From the NCBI GenBank assembly GCA_021794015.1, contig JAJYRQ010000004.1:72901-104900 (forward strand): a DNA stretch of 32,000 bases, read 5' to 3'. This document shows, piece after piece, positions 1-9,223 of this stretch. The notes under the pieces are model-generated. The model was not told where the DNA came from. It saw only the letters and a list, made by a program, of their open reading frames with translations, and ran no database searches. This DNA comes from Deltaproteobacteria bacterium (GTDB lineage: Bacteria; Desulfobacterota; Binatia; Binatales; Binataceae). Position 1 is the stretch's first letter; the number at the start of each line of letters is the position of its first letter. The position numbers were made by a program, and so were the translations under genes.

Positions 1-55
1 AAAGCCGGGAAGCTTAGCTGCTGGGACTAGGTCTGAGCGCGTTGGCCGGGGGGAG

Positions 56-601
56 TCAGGCGCGAACTTTTTCCCGGCCCCGCTTGGCCGCGCGCTCTCG
101 CTCCGCAGTGGGTCCCTTGTGCAGGTTGGGCCGCGCCGCCGGAAAGGACTTAGCCTGCTGCTGCGCCTGCGGCTTGGGCGACGGCTTGGCGCCGAGCGCA
201 GGGGCGCTGGAGGGAGCAACTGCGTCCTCCGGCTGCTCGATGGTCTTGAGTTGCCTGATCGCCTCCACGCGCCGTTCTCTCCAGGCCTTCAGCCCGTGAC
301 GCATATAGTCGGGGTTGATGTCGAGCATGTCGCAGATGTTGTCAAACGAGAAGACCCAGTGCTTGTCCTCGTGGTTGATCCACTCCTCGGCATCACGGAA
401 CAGCCGCTGCCCTTTGCTGGTGGGCGAGTCGATGCACTTCATGAAGCATTCGACGGCGTCCTCGAGCACGCTGAGCACGAGCCGCTTCTCACCCTCGAGC
501 AGATGCTTTCGGCGCATCGCTTCGAAGTACTGTACCGGCAGCAGCGTGTCAGGCTCGAAGAGCCCGGGGAGTCGTTCGTCGAGAGTTTCCTTTTCTTGCA
601 T
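56..601 (-). CDS. hypothetical protein of the iscX-distal end of the ISC cluster (start taken at internal Met66 of ORF 56..796 so that it does not overlap iscX)
   Basis: ORF track 56..796 -; the N-terminal 65 aa overlap iscX antisense-free on the same strand, whereas MQEKETLDERLPGLFEPDTLLPVQYFEAMRRKHLLEGEKRLVLSVLEDAVECF... begins at 601, just downstream of iscX. The C-terminal third is low-complexity Pro/Ala/Lys. Confidence 0.6.
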   Translation of the reverse strand: MQEKETLDERLPGLFEPDTLLPVQYFEAMRRKHLLEGEKRLVLSVLEDAVECFMKCIDSPTSKGQRLFRDAEEWINHEDKHWVFSFDNICDMLDINPDYMRHGLKAWRERRVEAIRQLKTIEQPEDAVAPSSAPALGAKPSPKPQAQQQAKSFPAARPNLHKGPTAERERAAKRGREKVRA

Positions 602-692
602 TTTTGTCTCGCGGGGTTTCCGCGCCACCCGTGCCTCCACCGCAGCCTCCCTTGGAGAGAAGACGTTGTAAGCGGCTATTATATTCGAATCT

Positions 693-911
693 TCAGCGAT
701 TTTCACCCTCTGATGAGTAAATTTCGTGCCAGGCCATTTGGATCGCCTCGAGCCGGGCCTCGTTGGAGCCTCCCCCGTCATCGTCGAATTCGTCAAGATC
801 GATCACCCACTGGCGCAGGTCCGTAAACCTGACCTGCAGGGGGTCGAGGCCGGGATGGTTTTCAGCGAGAATCTCCGCGATTTCCTCCGCCTGGTCCCAC
901 TTAAGACCCAT
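693..911 (-). CDS. iscX: IscX, Fe-S cluster assembly adaptor
   Basis: 72 aa acidic protein MGLKWDQAEEIAEILAENHPGLDPLQVRFTDLRQWVIDLDEFDDDGGGSNEARLEAIQMAWHEIY, typical IscX (W/L-x-D-...-V.FtdL..WV..L..F.dd....nE..LEaIqmaW), directly downstream of hscA. Confidence 0.93.
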   Translation of the reverse strand: MGLKWDQAEEIAEILAENHPGLDPLQVRFTDLRQWVIDLDEFDDDGGGSNEARLEAIQMAWHEIYSSEGENR

Positions 912-985
912 GGTGGGGCTCTCCTTGTTGGTGCAGCAGGGTCGTTTTGCGCTGTTCCTTGCCCCGGCGGCCCGTAGACCGCCGC

Positions 986-2848
986 TCAGGGTAACTGTTC
1001 GACCGATTTTCGTTCCAGCGCCTGTTTGATTGCCTGGTTCATGATCCGCTCGGCAAAGGGCGTTGTGAGTTCGTTGAGTTCCTGGGTGAGCCGCGCGATA
1101 AGCTCGTGGTCGGTGCCTAGGCGGGCGGCCTCGAGCCGCGCCGCGCAGCGGTCGATGGCGGTGCGCTCCTGCGGCTCGACCAGCGCCGGGAAGTTGGCAA
1201 GCTGGCGGCGCGCCGCCTGGAGAATCTGGTCCGCCTGGTTGCGCGCGACCGCCAGCATCCGCTGTTCGAGGTCCTGCTCTCCTCGCTCGATCGACTCTTC
1301 GAGCATCCGCTCGATTTCCTCTTCGGTCAGCCCGTAGCTCGGTTTTACCTCGAGTGAGTGCTCACGGCCGGTGCGCTGGTCGCGGGCGGTAACGTTCAGG
1401 ATGCCGTTGGCGTCGATAAGAAAGGTCACCTCGATGCGCGGCGTGCCGGCCGGCGCCGGCTCGAGCGGTCCGAGCTTGAAGCGAGCCAGCGAGCGATTGT
1501 CGTGCGCGATCTCGCGCTCGCCCTGGACCACGTGAATGTCGACGTGGGTCTGGTCGTCCACCGCGGTGGTGAACATTTCGGTGACGCTGGTCGGTATCGT
1601 GGTGTTGCGATGGATGAGCCGTTCCATGACGCCGCCCATCGTTTCGATGCCCAGGGAGAGCGGCACCACGTCGAGCAGAAGCATGTCCTTGCGCCCGCCG
1701 GTCAGAACCGCAGCCTGGACCGCAGCTCCCAGCGCGACCACTTCGTCGGGGTTGATGGAACAAAGAGGCTGGCGGCCAAACAGTTCGGCTACCCGCCGGC
1801 GCACCAGCGGCATCCGGGTTGCCCCGCCCACGAGCACCACCGCGTCGAGCTCCTCTGGCTTGAGCTTGGCGTCCTCGAGCGCGCGCCGGCAGCAGGCCAG
1901 CGTACGGTTCACCAGTGGCTCGGCCATCCTCTCCAGTTGCGAGCGTTCAAGCTCGCGGCGCACCGTTATGTCTGCGGCCTGGAGCACGAGCTCGGTACGC
2001 TCGGCGGCGCTGAGCCTGCATTTGGCGGCTTCGGCAGCAGTTCGGGCCGCCCTCCAAAGCTGCCGGCTTTGACGCAGCGGCGGGGACAACTGCTCCATCA
2101 GCCACTCCTCGATCAGGCGGTCTATGTCGTCGCCCCCCAGGTGCGTGTCGCCGTTGGTGGCCAGGACCTCGAAGATGCCCTCCTTGACGCTTAGCAGCGA
2201 GACGTCAAAGGTCCCGCCGCCCAGATCATATACCGCAATACGGCCCGCCGTCATTGCGTTAAGTCCGTAGGCCAGGGAAGCGGCGGTCGGCTCGTTCACC
2301 AGCCGGACAACTTCAACTTCCGCCAAGCGGCCGGCGTCCTTGGTGGCCTGCCGCTGGGCATCGTTGAAGTACGCCGGCACGGTAATTACCACCCGCTCGA
2401 CCGATTCACCGCTGGAGGCCTTCACCCGCGCCTTGAGCGCGCGCAGGATTTCGGCCGAAACCTGCGGCGGGGTATATAGACGGCCGCTCACCTGGAAACG
2501 CACCACCGGGCCGCCTAAGTCGGCGAAGCTGTAGCGTATGCGGTCCTCGGGCGCGACCTCGGCGCCGCCCAGCCCCATGTAGCGTTTGACGGACCTGACC
2601 ACGACCGCTGCCGGCGCGCTCCCGGCCTGATCGCCAGGACCTTGCCCCCGGCCCCAGTCGTCCAGTTTGCCCTCAAGCTCGGCCGCCTTCAGACCCACGC
2701 CGATTGTGCCCTCCGGGCCCAGCGCTACGACCGACGGCAGCAGGGTTGCTCCGGTGGCGGGATCGCCGATAATCCGCGGGCCGGCGTCTTCCATCACGGC
2801 AATCAGGCTGTTGGTGGTGCCGAGGTCGATGCCGAATATGCGCGACAT
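986..2848 (-). CDS. hscA: HscA, Hsp70-type Fe-S assembly chaperone
   Basis: 620 aa with Hsp70 signatures [76 protein letters not shown]; adjacency to hscB/iscSUA identifies HscA rather than DnaK. Confidence 0.95.
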   Translation of the reverse strand: MSRIFGIDLGTTNSLIAVMEDAGPRIIGDPATGATLLPSVVALGPEGTIGVGLKAAELEGKLDDWGRGQGPGDQAGSAPAAVVVRSVKRYMGLGGAEVAPEDRIRYSFADLGGPVVRFQVSGRLYTPPQVSAEILRALKARVKASSGESVERVVITVPAYFNDAQRQATKDAGRLAEVEVVRLVNEPTAASLAYGLNAMTAGRIAVYDLGGGTFDVSLLSVKEGIFEVLATNGDTHLGGDDIDRLIEEWLMEQLSPPLRQSRQLWRAARTAAEAAKCRLSAAERTELVLQAADITVRRELERSQLERMAEPLVNRTLACCRRALEDAKLKPEELDAVVLVGGATRMPLVRRRVAELFGRQPLCSINPDEVVALGAAVQAAVLTGGRKDMLLLDVVPLSLGIETMGGVMERLIHRNTTIPTSVTEMFTTAVDDQTHVDIHVVQGEREIAHDNRSLARFKLGPLEPAPAGTPRIEVTFLIDANGILNVTARDQRTGREHSLEVKPSYGLTEEEIERMLEESIERGEQDLEQRMLAVARNQADQILQAARRQLANFPALVEPQERTAIDRCAARLEAARLGTDHELIARLTQELNELTTPFAERIMNQAIKQALERKSVEQLP

Positions 2849-2917
2849 GGGATTTGGGTCTTTTCTCTCTGCGGTTTACGAAGCAGCGTTCGCCTGGAGC
2901 CGTGGCGGCGATGCCGT

Positions 2918-3559
2918 TCAGTTTTCGGCCGCGGCCGCCAGCGCGCGGTCCATGTCTCTCAGCAGGGTACGCAGGTAGGCGATCTTCGAAAGCGCCTGCT
3001 TGAGTCCCGCGGTCAACTCATCCTGTCCGCCCGCGTTCCGGTCCCAGCGGACGAAATTTCCTTCCAGCTCCCGGTGGGCGCGGTCGAAGCGGCTCCGGAC
3101 CTCCGCGCGCCTGCCTTCGATCTCGCCTCGCAAACGGTCGCGGTCGTTGCCGGCCGGGCTCGCCCCGAGTTCGGCGAGTTGTTCCTGGATTTCGAAGACC
3201 ATTTCGGCCAACTCGGGAGGGACCGTCTTGTTGTCCTCGGCAAGTTTCTCGCCACGCAGCTCGAGCCAGTAAAGCCCACGGCTTATCGGGTCGCGCAGCG
3301 TGCGGTAGCTGCGCGTCAACAGCGCCATCGCCCTAAGGCTTGCCGCGCGAACCGCGGCATCGTCCGTCGCGAAGCGGTCGGGATGGATGCGCCGGCCGAG
3401 CTCGTGATACCTGCTCTCGAGGGCGGCGCCGTCAAGCGCCAACCGGGGCTCAAGCCCCAGCGCCGCAAAACAGTCGAGCTCCTCCCCGAGCGGCCTGCCG
3501 CACCGCTCGCACACCAAGCCTGTGCCGCTCGGCGCTGCGCATGACGGGCACCGGACCAT
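2918..3559 (-). CDS. hscB: HscB J-domain co-chaperone with N-terminal CxxC...CxxC extension
   Basis: 213 aa; LGLEPRLALDGAALESRYHELGRRIHPDRFA with HPD motif, then HSCB C-terminal-like helices; N-terminus MVRCPSCAAPSGTGLVCERCG. Confidence 0.88.
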   Translation of the reverse strand: MVRCPSCAAPSGTGLVCERCGRPLGEELDCFAALGLEPRLALDGAALESRYHELGRRIHPDRFATDDAAVRAASLRAMALLTRSYRTLRDPISRGLYWLELRGEKLAEDNKTVPPELAEMVFEIQEQLAELGASPAGNDRDRLRGEIEGRRAEVRSRFDRAHRELEGNFVRWDRNAGGQDELTAGLKQALSKIAYLRTLLRDMDRALAAAAEN

Positions 3560-3562
3560 CGC

Positions 3563-3877
3563 TCATACGACGAACGATTCGCCGCATCCGCAGCTCCGCT
3601 TGACGTTCGGATTGACCAGCCGAAACCCGGAGGCCATCAATTCCTCGGTGTAATCCAGCTCCGAGCCGTTGACATAAAGAAAGCTCTTCTTATCGACAAT
3701 CAGCAGCGCCCCGTCCCGCGCGAACGACTTGTCGCGTTCATTGGCAGCATCCAGCTCCATCCGGTACTGCAACCCCGAACAGCCCCCACCGACCACTTTG
3801 ACCCGCAGTCCGAGGCCGGGGCGTCCCGCCGTCAACTCGCGAATCTTGCTTGCCGCTCGCTCAGATACCGAAACCAT
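3563..3877 (-). CDS. iscA: IscA-family A-type Fe-S carrier
   Basis: 104 aa; GGGCSGLQYRMELD and C-terminal CGCGESFVV, the three conserved cysteines of A-type carriers; position within isc cluster. Confidence 0.93.
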   Translation of the reverse strand: MVSVSERAASKIRELTAGRPGLGLRVKVVGGGCSGLQYRMELDAANERDKSFARDGALLIVDKKSFLYVNGSELDYTEELMASGFRLVNPNVKRSCGCGESFVV

Positions 3878-4058
3878 CGGCGATTAACCTGCCTGCGGGT
3901 TTTTCTTGCCGCCCGTCCGCTTCACGCCCGAGGCTGCGCCTTGGCGCGACCGACCCCGCCTCGGGTCGTTCCGTGCCGCGCCAGCCAAGCCATACGACCC
4001 CCGACTCCGGGCGGCGCGGGCCAGGGCCTTTCAGGCCCGGCTTCTCGGGCGCTTGGGC

Positions 4059-4478
4059 CTAGGCCTCTGCGGCCGTCTTCTTGGACTGCTCGGCGGCGTT
4101 GCCCCGGTGTTTCTTCCAGTCGCTAATTGCGGCCTTTATCGCATCCTCGGCAAGCACCGAGCAGTGAATCTTTACCGGCGGCAGGTTCAGCTCCTTGACG
4201 ATTACGGTGTTCTTGATCGCCAGCGCCTCGTCGATATGCTTGCCCTTGACCAGTTCCGTGACGTAGCTGGAGGACGCGATCGCGCTGCCGCAGCCGAAGG
4301 TCTTGAACCGGGCGTCCTCGATAACGCCGCCCTCATCGATCTTAAGCTGGAGCTTCATAACGTCTCCGCACTCGGGAGCGCCGACGACGCCCGTGCCGAC
4401 GCTCGGATCGTCCTTTGCGAAGCTCCCGACATTGCGGGGATTGGTGTAGTGGTCAATCACCTTGCTGGAGTACGCCAT
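4059..4478 (-). CDS. iscU: IscU Fe-S scaffold
   Basis: 139 aa; VVGAPECGDVMKLQL, FKTFGCGSAIASSS, ELNLPPVKIHCSVLAEDAI (LPPVK motif recognised by HscA). Confidence 0.97.
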   Translation of the reverse strand: MAYSSKVIDHYTNPRNVGSFAKDDPSVGTGVVGAPECGDVMKLQLKIDEGGVIEDARFKTFGCGSAIASSSYVTELVKGKHIDEALAIKNTVIVKELNLPPVKIHCSVLAEDAIKAAISDWKKHRGNAAEQSKKTAAEA

Positions 4479-4517
4479 AAAAACCTCTGTGCTGTGGCAG
4501 GGGGGTTTGTCCCTGAC

Positions 4518-4685
4518 CTAACAAGGCCTTGAGCGATAATCACCCAATTCGAAGGGCCGTCCGGCGATCTCGCGGATTTCTGCGGCAACCCGGTCGTTGC
4601 CGGGCAGCAAGCAGAGCCGCCCGAGCCTTTCGTCCAGGCGGGCGACCTCCCGCCGCCGAGCCGCGGATTTGATTAGCCGCTCCAT
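4518..4685 (-). CDS. small hypothetical ORF between iscS and iscU (55 aa from internal Met)
   Basis: ORF track 4518..4703; ATG at 4683-4685 lies directly after the iscS stop (4688-4690) on the same strand. No family recognised. Confidence 0.3.
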   Translation of the reverse strand: MERLIKSAARRREVARLDERLGRLCLLPGNDRVAAEIREIAGRPFELGDYRSRPC

Positions 4686-4687
4686 CG

Positions 4688-5908
4688 CTAGTCTGTTCTC
4701 CACTGGACCGACTTGAGGTCGATTCCCTCGCGCGCCATCTCATAAAGCGGCGACATTTCGCGCAGCCGCTTTACCTCCTTGGCCACCCGATCGACGACGT
4801 AGTCCACCTCTTCCTCGGTGTTGAAACGGCCCAGGCCGAACCGGATCGAGCTGTGCGCGAGTTCCTCGCCGACGCCCAGCGCGCGGATCACGTACGAGGG
4901 TTCCAGCGTGGCCGAGGTGCAGGCCGAACCTGAACTTACCGCGATGTCGCTGATTCCCATCAGCAGCGACTCGCCCTCGACGTAGGCAAAGCTCACGTTG
5001 AAGTTGCCGGGCAAGCGCTGGGTCGGGTGTCCGTTCAGGTAAACCTCATCCAGCCGCTCGAAAACGCCGGCCTGCAGCTTGTTGCGCAGGTCGGTCAGCC
5101 GGCGCGCCTCGGCGGCCATCTCGGCCGCCGCGATCTCGCATGCCGCTCCGAAACCGACGATCCCCGGCACGTTGAGCGTTCCCGAACGCATCCCGCGCTC
5201 GTGACCGCCGCCGTCGATTATCGGCGCAAGCCGCACCCGCGGTCCCCGTGACCGCACGTACAGCGCGCCCAATCCCTTGGGGCCGTAAATCTTGTGCGCC
5301 GTCAGCGAAAGCAGGTCGATCCCGTCGCGCTCAACGTCGACTCCAATCTTGCCGACCGCCTGCACCGCGTCGCAGTGAAACAGAATCCCCTTGTCCTTGG
5401 CAATCTTGCCGATCTCCGCTACCGGGTGAATCGTGCCAATCTCGTTGTTGGCGTACATGATCGTGATCAGCACGGTCCTGTCGGTGATCGCCTGGCGCAC
5501 GTCGTCAGGGTCCACCATGCCGTACTTGTCCACCGGCAGGTAGGTTACCTCCGCCTTGCCCAGCCGTTCCAAGGCCCGACAACTGTCGAGCACCGCCTTG
5601 TGCTCGGTCACGCAGGTGATGATGTGGTTGCCTTTCTCCCGGTAGAACTCAACGACACCCTTGATCGCCAGGTTGTCCGATTCGGTGGCCCCGCTGGTGA
5701 AAATGATCTCCTTGGACTTGGCGTTAAGCAGCGAGGCGATCGTGGCGCGCGCCTTTTCCACCGCCTCTTCCGCCTCCCAGCCGAAAGCGTGATTGCGGCT
5801 GGCCGCGTTGCCGAACTTCTCGCTGAAGTAAGGCAGCATCGCCTCCAGCACCCGCGGGTCAAGCCGCGTGGTTGCGTGATTGTCCATGTAAATCGGCAGC
5901 TTAACCAT
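4688..5908 (-). CDS. iscS: IscS cysteine desulfurase
   Basis: 406 aa; [68 protein letters not shown] (PLP Lys), [19 protein letters not shown] (active-site Cys loop). Confidence 0.97.
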   Translation of the reverse strand: MVKLPIYMDNHATTRLDPRVLEAMLPYFSEKFGNAASRNHAFGWEAEEAVEKARATIASLLNAKSKEIIFTSGATESDNLAIKGVVEFYREKGNHIITCVTEHKAVLDSCRALERLGKAEVTYLPVDKYGMVDPDDVRQAITDRTVLITIMYANNEIGTIHPVAEIGKIAKDKGILFHCDAVQAVGKIGVDVERDGIDLLSLTAHKIYGPKGLGALYVRSRGPRVRLAPIIDGGGHERGMRSGTLNVPGIVGFGAACEIAAAEMAAEARRLTDLRNKLQAGVFERLDEVYLNGHPTQRLPGNFNVSFAYVEGESLLMGISDIAVSSGSACTSATLEPSYVIRALGVGEELAHSSIRFGLGRFNTEEEVDYVVDRVAKEVKRLREMSPLYEMAREGIDLKSVQWRTD

Positions 5909-6018
5909 CCCTCGTCCTCTCTCGGCGCTTTCCGGTCAGACCGTGCCTCGCTCCGACCTCGGGCCTTGTCAAGAACCCCTTTTGCGGCCTGCTTAAGCCG
6001 CGGCGCTCGGATCAGCTA

Positions 6019-6043
6019 ATAGTGGACCTGTTCAGTCTTCTAT
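6019..6043 (-). promoter_or_regulatory. candidate IscR/Rrf2 type-1-like operator
   Basis: Minus-strand ATAGAAGACTGAACAGGTCCACTAT: dyad ATAG-N2-GAC ... GTC-N2-CTAT. Hand alignment gives 19 of 25 positions agreeing with the E. coli type-1 IscR consensus as I recall it; it overlaps the -10 of the predicted iscS promoter. Confidence 0.45.
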
Positions 6044-6069
6044 GTAGACCCGTCTGCGCGGATTGTCAA
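6041..6069 (-). promoter_or_regulatory. candidate sigma-70 promoter for the isc operon
   Basis: Minus strand TTGACA (6069-6064), 17-nt spacer, TACATA (6046-6041), about 135 nt upstream of the iscS start. Confidence 0.5.
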
Positions 6070-6256
6070 GAGGGTTTCCCAGGTGCTCTGACTGCCGGTA
6101 ATAGACGGCCAATTTAGCTGTTCGGCCGCACCGGCGGCTGGGCCATGGGTGCTGTCCTTACGGTCAGGGCCAGGGGCAACGTAGGGCAGTGCAAGACGAG
6201 ATAGCCGGAGTGTTTGGGTGGGGGCTGGATTCGCTGACACGGCCTTGTCGCGCCGC

Positions 6257-8098
6257 TCAGAAGAGCCTGTCCCGAGCGTCTTGGGGCGATTCGTTGGGCA
6301 GGCAACTGGGCACCCGCAGGACCAGTTCACGGCAGACTTCCTCCTCGGCGCGTCGTAAGCGAACGTCCCGCAGTTCGAGCAGGCCCAATCCGGAGTCGAT
6401 CAGGATGTCGGTAAAAGCGATGGCCGGCTTGATGCCCATGGCGTAGCGGCCGCCGTCAACGCCCACTAGTTGTTGCCCGGTCGTTCCCGAGACCAGCGTG
6501 ATGTGCAGGTTGACGTGCCAGCCGGCGACGAGGAAGCCGTAGAGACCTTCGTACGCACTGACATCGCCGTAGACCAGGGCGTCGGCGCCAAGCCAGCGGG
6601 CTAGCTGGCGGGCGGGGACGGCTTCGAGCCGGGACGTGGTCAGGACGGAGTGTGCGGCGAGCGTGGCATCGACCTCGGGCAGCGGCACAATCGTGAATTC
6701 GCGTTGGGCGAGAAAGGCGGTAAAGACCCGGCGAAGCCGGTTGGCGTAGGTCCAGCGCCAGCGGGAGCGCGAGGCGGCGGTGCGAAGCGTGACCGGCACG
6801 CGGTTTACCAGCAGGTTGCCGCTTCCTTCGTAGGCAAAGGGCAGCACCGCGATGCGCTGCGGGGGCCTGCGGCAGTAGTCGGGCGCGACCTTGAGCGCAA
6901 ACATCTGCGGGTCGGTTTCGATCATGCGGTCGAGAATTGTTTTGCGGCCGTGCCTGCGCAATCCAAACTCAGGCAGGAAGAACTGCTCAGGCTTTTCGTC
7001 GGGGTCGCCGTAGCCGGTGGCCAACGCTGCGAGTACCGGCGCGGTGGCCAACGCCGACGGGCCCGGCGGTTGCGCAGCGGTAACTCGCGCCGAGGTCGGC
7101 AGCGTTTCGGCGCTCTGGCTGAGGCCGTTGGGCGGCGCAGGACCCGGCCGCTGGCCGGAGGCGTCCGCTCGGCTGCTCGGCGCCGCGTCGGAGGCCGACG
7201 CGGCCATCGCCTGGCGGTCGCGTGCTTGAGCGGGGCGCCCGCTCAAGACCACCCCGCGCACTCCGCCCACCAGAGGAAAGCGCAGCACGACCTCGCGCGC
7301 GGCTTCCTCTTCGGCGCGCCTTAGGTCGACGTCGCGCAAGTCGGTGGTGTTGAAAGCCGAGTTCATTGCGATGTCGGCCCAATCTACGGCTGGACGGAAC
7401 TCCAGTTTGTAGCGCGTGGCCTCGCCGGCCAGAACGAGATCGCCGGTTTGCCCGGAGACTATGGCAAGTTTGAGGGTTACCTCCCAGCCGGCAAGCAGGA
7501 ACAGGTAGTAGACTTCGTAGTGCAGGACGGCGCCGTAGACAACGGTGTCGGCTCCGAGCCAGCGGGCCAGGGTTTGCGGCGGCACTCGGCTGAGCTTGGC
7601 GTCGTTGGTGATGCCGTGCGCGGCCAGGGCGGCGTCGACCTGCGGGAGCGCGACGGTTTCGAATTCCCGCTGGCTTAGGAAGCCGTGCACGAGCTTGCGC
7701 AGCCGGTTGGAATCGGTCCAGCGCCACTCGGCCAGGCGCTCGGAGTCGCGCATGGTGAGCGGGAGCTTGTCCAGGATGTAGTTTCCGCTGCCGCGGTCAA
7801 CGAAGGGTAGAACGGCGATGCGCAAAGGCGGATGGTGGCGGTACTCGGGCGAGGTTTCGACGCTGACGCCGCCCGGATCGGTCTCCAGAATCCGGTCAAG
7901 CAGCGTCTTTCTGCCGTGTTCCATCGCGCCGTACTCCGGCAGAAACAGCGGCTGAGTGTTGCGCTCCTGCTGGGCCGTCGCCGCGGCGCATCCGGCCAGC
8001 AGGGCCAGCGTTACGAGCCACAACGCGCGCGCACGGCTAGGCCGGCTCCTGCGATGCCGACGACTCGTGCGCCCGTTTCTGTCAGGGCAAAAAGCCAA
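6257..8098 (-). CDS. putative lipoprotein with two tandem copies of a DUF799/GNA1162-like domain
   Basis: 613 aa; signal/lipobox-like LWLVTLALLAGC; two paralogous blocks FLPEYGAMEHGRKTLLDRILETDP...RIAVLPF...ARWLGADTVVYG...DLRDVDLRRAEEE and FLPEFGLRRHGRKTILDRMIETDP...RIAVLPF...ARWLGADALVYG...ELRDVRLRRAEEE. Family name is from general resemblance. Confidence 0.7.
   Translation of the reverse strand: MAFCPDRNGRTSRRHRRSRPSRARALWLVTLALLAGCAAATAQQERNTQPLFLPEYGAMEHGRKTLLDRILETDPGGVSVETSPEYRHHPPLRIAVLPFVDRGSGNYILDKLPLTMRDSERLAEWRWTDSNRLRKLVHGFLSQREFETVALPQVDAALAAHGITNDAKLSRVPPQTLARWLGADTVVYGAVLHYEVYYLFLLAGWEVTLKLAIVSGQTGDLVLAGEATRYKLEFRPAVDWADIAMNSAFNTTDLRDVDLRRAEEEAAREVVLRFPLVGGVRGVVLSGRPAQARDRQAMAASASDAAPSSRADASGQRPGPAPPNGLSQSAETLPTSARVTAAQPPGPSALATAPVLAALATGYGDPDEKPEQFFLPEFGLRRHGRKTILDRMIETDPQMFALKVAPDYCRRPPQRIAVLPFAYEGSGNLLVNRVPVTLRTAASRSRWRWTYANRLRRVFTAFLAQREFTIVPLPEVDATLAAHSVLTTSRLEAVPARQLARWLGADALVYGDVSAYEGLYGFLVAGWHVNLHITLVSGTTGQQLVGVDGGRYAMGIKPAIAFTDILIDSGLGLLELRDVRLRRAEEEVCRELVLRVPSCLPNESPQDARDRLF
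6310..7018 (-). repeat. second copy (C-terminal) of the internally duplicated lipoprotein domain
   Basis: Aligns by eye with residues about 50-266 of the same protein (nt about 7301-7951). Confidence 0.8.
7301..7951 (-). repeat. first copy (N-terminal) of the internally duplicated lipoprotein domain
   Basis: See paired repeat at 6310..7018; FLPEYG/FLPEFG, HGRKT(L/I)LDR(I/M)(L/I)ETDP, RIAVLPF, REF, LARWLGAD blocks collinear. Confidence 0.8.
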
Positions 8099-8272
8099 TT
8101 TCGAGTCCCTGGAAAGCCGATCCGGCGTACAGGCGCAGCTATTGCTTGCCGAGCGCGGCCGGCGGGTACGGCCGGGCCGGCTCAGCGCGGCCGGCGTATC
8201 GACACTTGCCCAATCGGTCCGCTCCCTCTCGGTGCCGGCGGGCTTGGGAACCTCGGCTAGCGCCGGACCTGC

Positions 8273-9223
8273 TCACACGCCCAGCGCCTTTGCCGCCAGA
8301 AAACTAACTGTCAGCAGCACGGCGAACTCCAGGTGGAGTTGCGCTTCGAGGTTAATTGCCGGGTGGAGCGCTGCGCCCTCGCTTGCGCGGCAAAGCCTAT
8401 GGACCTTAAGCGCGTGCGGCAGCGTTGCCAACACCACCAGGCCCGTAACGGGTACCGTCCGCGTCACCACCCCGGCGAGCACGGCGCCGTAGGCGGCGGC
8501 GTTAAAGCACGCCAACTCCCAAAACGCGCCTCGCCGGCCGAGAATTGTGGCCAAGGTGCGCTTGCCGTGGGTGCTGTCGCTGGCGATATCGCGCAGGTTG
8601 TTCACCTGCAGGATGCCCGATCCGAGAAAGCCCATCGAAAGCGATACCCAGACCGCAGCCGCGGAAAATTTAAGCGCCGTGACGTAATAGGCGCCCAGTA
8701 CGATGGCCGGTCCCAGAAAAAGAAACGACAGCAGATCGCCCAGCGCAAGGTAGCCCAGCGCCAGCGGCGCCCCGGTGTAAAAGTAGCCGGCGGCTACGCT
8801 CGGCACGCCGATGGCCAAGACCGGCCATCCGCATCGGTAGGCAAGCCAGAGGCCGATCGCCGAGCCCAGTGCAAAGGCGGCTACGCCTCCGGCCCAGACC
8901 TGTTCAGGGCGCAAGAAGCGGCGCTGGATGGCCAGGCTTGGTCCAAAATTCTCCACCGCCAGCACGTCGAAGGAGTCCACGCCGCTGACGAAATCGCTGT
9001 AATCGTTCACCAGGTTGGTCCCCGCCTGTATGGCGACCGCGCCGATTAGCGCCAGCACAAACCTCACCGGCGAGAAATGGCCGTGGTAGACGGCCGCCGC
9101 GGTTCCCACCAGCACCGCCCCCGAGGAGACGGTCAGCGTCCACGACCTGGCCGCTACGATCCAGGTCATCAGCTTGCCGGGCCTTCCCTGACTATCCTCC
9201 AAGATCGCTTCTGTCTGCGTCAT
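8273..9223 (-). CDS. UbiA-family polyprenyltransferase, MenA-like (1,4-dihydroxy-2-naphthoate polyprenyltransferase type)
   Basis: Start taken at MTQTEAILEDSQG (internal Met of ORF 8273..9277); GTNLVNDYSDFVSGVD matches the N-D-x-x-D motif of MenA/UbiA; multiple hydrophobic segments; second region ...NNLRDIASDSTHGKRTLATILGR. Confidence 0.85.
   Translation of the reverse strand: MTQTEAILEDSQGRPGKLMTWIVAARSWTLTVSSGAVLVGTAAAVYHGHFSPVRFVLALIGAVAIQAGTNLVNDYSDFVSGVDSFDVLAVENFGPSLAIQRRFLRPEQVWAGGVAAFALGSAIGLWLAYRCGWPVLAIGVPSVAAGYFYTGAPLALGYLALGDLLSFLFLGPAIVLGAYYVTALKFSAAAVWVSLSMGFLGSGILQVNNLRDIASDSTHGKRTLATILGRRGAFWELACFNAAAYGAVLAGVVTRTVPVTGLVVLATLPHALKVHRLCRASEGAALHPAINLEAQLHLEFAVLLTVSFLAAKALGV

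Noticed and set aside
1358-2194. 278-aa plus-strand ORF inside hscA
   Set aside because: Antisense shadow of the Hsp70 coding sequence.
2642-3544. 300-aa plus-strand ORF spanning hscB and the hscA 5' end
   Set aside because: Antisense to two well-supported genes; no family signature.
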